Part shown: one piece after another, positions 17,178 to 17,537 of the stretch
How the letters are laid out: every line of letters begins with the position of its first letter
Position numbering within the stretch: the first letter of the stretch is position 1
NCBI GenBank assembly: GCA_018985225.1
Contig: JADGIF010000145.1
Location: forward strand, 1-17,537
Direction: 5' to 3'
Source: Amoeboradix gromovi X-113
Lineage: Eukaryota > Fungi > Sanchytriomycota
DNA: 17,537 nucleotides
Program-made: the position numbers and the translations under genes
The notes under the pieces: generated by a model
Told to the model about the DNA's origin: nothing
Seen by the model: the letters and a program-made list of their open reading frames with translations, nothing else
Databases searched by the model: none

Positions 17178-17537
17178 CTAATATGCGTTCTTATTGAATG
17201 AGACACCATTTGCGAAGACGGCTGAATCTATTCTCCAGAAGTGTTCCTCGTTAAAAGTCCTGATTTCCGAGAAAATCGAGAATTTCCACAGAGTAGCTAG
17301 CGATGCTAGATCTCCGTTACAGTGATTGCTCACGCTTGCACTACCCTGAGGCGGGATTGAATAAGGATGCAGATACTTAATGTATATGTTCCTTGCTGCC
17401 ATATTGTCTCTATCTATCTCCAAATGACAATTGGCACAGGTGTATGTTTCTAAGTTGGTTTTCTTTAGAGTACCACACCTTGTACATGTTTGACTAGTAA
17501 ATGCTTCATTGCATTCAACTAGCGTCTTTCCTCTTTC
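17178..17537 (-). CDS. 5'-truncated Fanzor2/TnpB RNA-guided endonuclease C-terminus (Zn finger plus RuvC-III)
   Basis: The frame is open from the window edge: ERGKTLVECNEAFTSQTCTRCGTLKKTNLETYTCANCHLEIDRDNMAARNIYIKYL... This is the hallmark TnpB/Fanzor2 signature (E.yTSqtC..CG, C..C, DRD.NAA.NI). The ORF track shows only the part from TTG 17423. Confidence 0.93.
   Translation of the reverse strand, partial: ERGKTLVECNEAFTSQTCTRCGTLKKTNLETYTCANCHLEIDRDNMAARNIYIKYLHPYSIPPQGSASVSNHCNGDLASLATLWKFSIFSEIRTFNEEHFWRIDSAVFANGVSFNKNAY
17245..17380 (-). ncRNA. Candidate omega-RNA scaffold overlapping the 3' part of the right Fanzor ORF
   Basis: Minus-strand hairpins just after RuvC-III: CCC-GCCTCA-GGG, GAG-AT-CTAGC-ATC-GCTAG-CTA-CTC, GATTTT-CTCG-GAAATC and TTCTCG/CGAGGA. 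TnpB-family omega-RNAs commonly overlap the ORF end. Limits are inferred. Confidence 0.45.

Noticed and set aside
5920-17180. Alternative genetic code (TAA/TAG = Gln), suggested by frames continuing past TAA/TAG at 6096, ~9033, ~9117 and 17178
   Set aside because: Long conserved genes (NAT10, Pumilio) contain no in-frame TAA/TAG and end at TAA exactly where homologues end.

Overview
AT-rich, very compact, intron-poor eukaryotic DNA in the standard genetic code, inferred to come from an early-diverging fungus or close relative. Recognisable housekeeping genes are METTL5, a homeodomain factor, a Pex22-like protein, Pumilio/Puf3, Yvh1/DUSP12, dCMP deaminase, DNMT2, NAT10/Kre33 and mitochondrial uS2, plus a Gln-rich protein with dehydrin K-segment-like motifs and several hypothetical ORFs. 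Intergenic gaps can be tiny (13-35 bp) and AATAAA often overlaps the stop codon. The main finding is largely missed by the ORF track: both edges of the window run into TnpB-derived eukaryotic RNA-guided nuclease genes (Fanzors) pointing inward. The right edge (- strand) holds a clear Fanzor2/TnpB C-terminus (NEAFTSQTC..CG, CxxC, DRDNMAARNI). The left edge (+ strand) holds a divergent Fanzor1-like C-terminus. Each has structured 3' DNA that is a candidate omega-RNA. A decayed inverted fragment of the right Fanzor lies at ~15744-15839, and a shortened copy of the left element's stem lies at 4152-4196.
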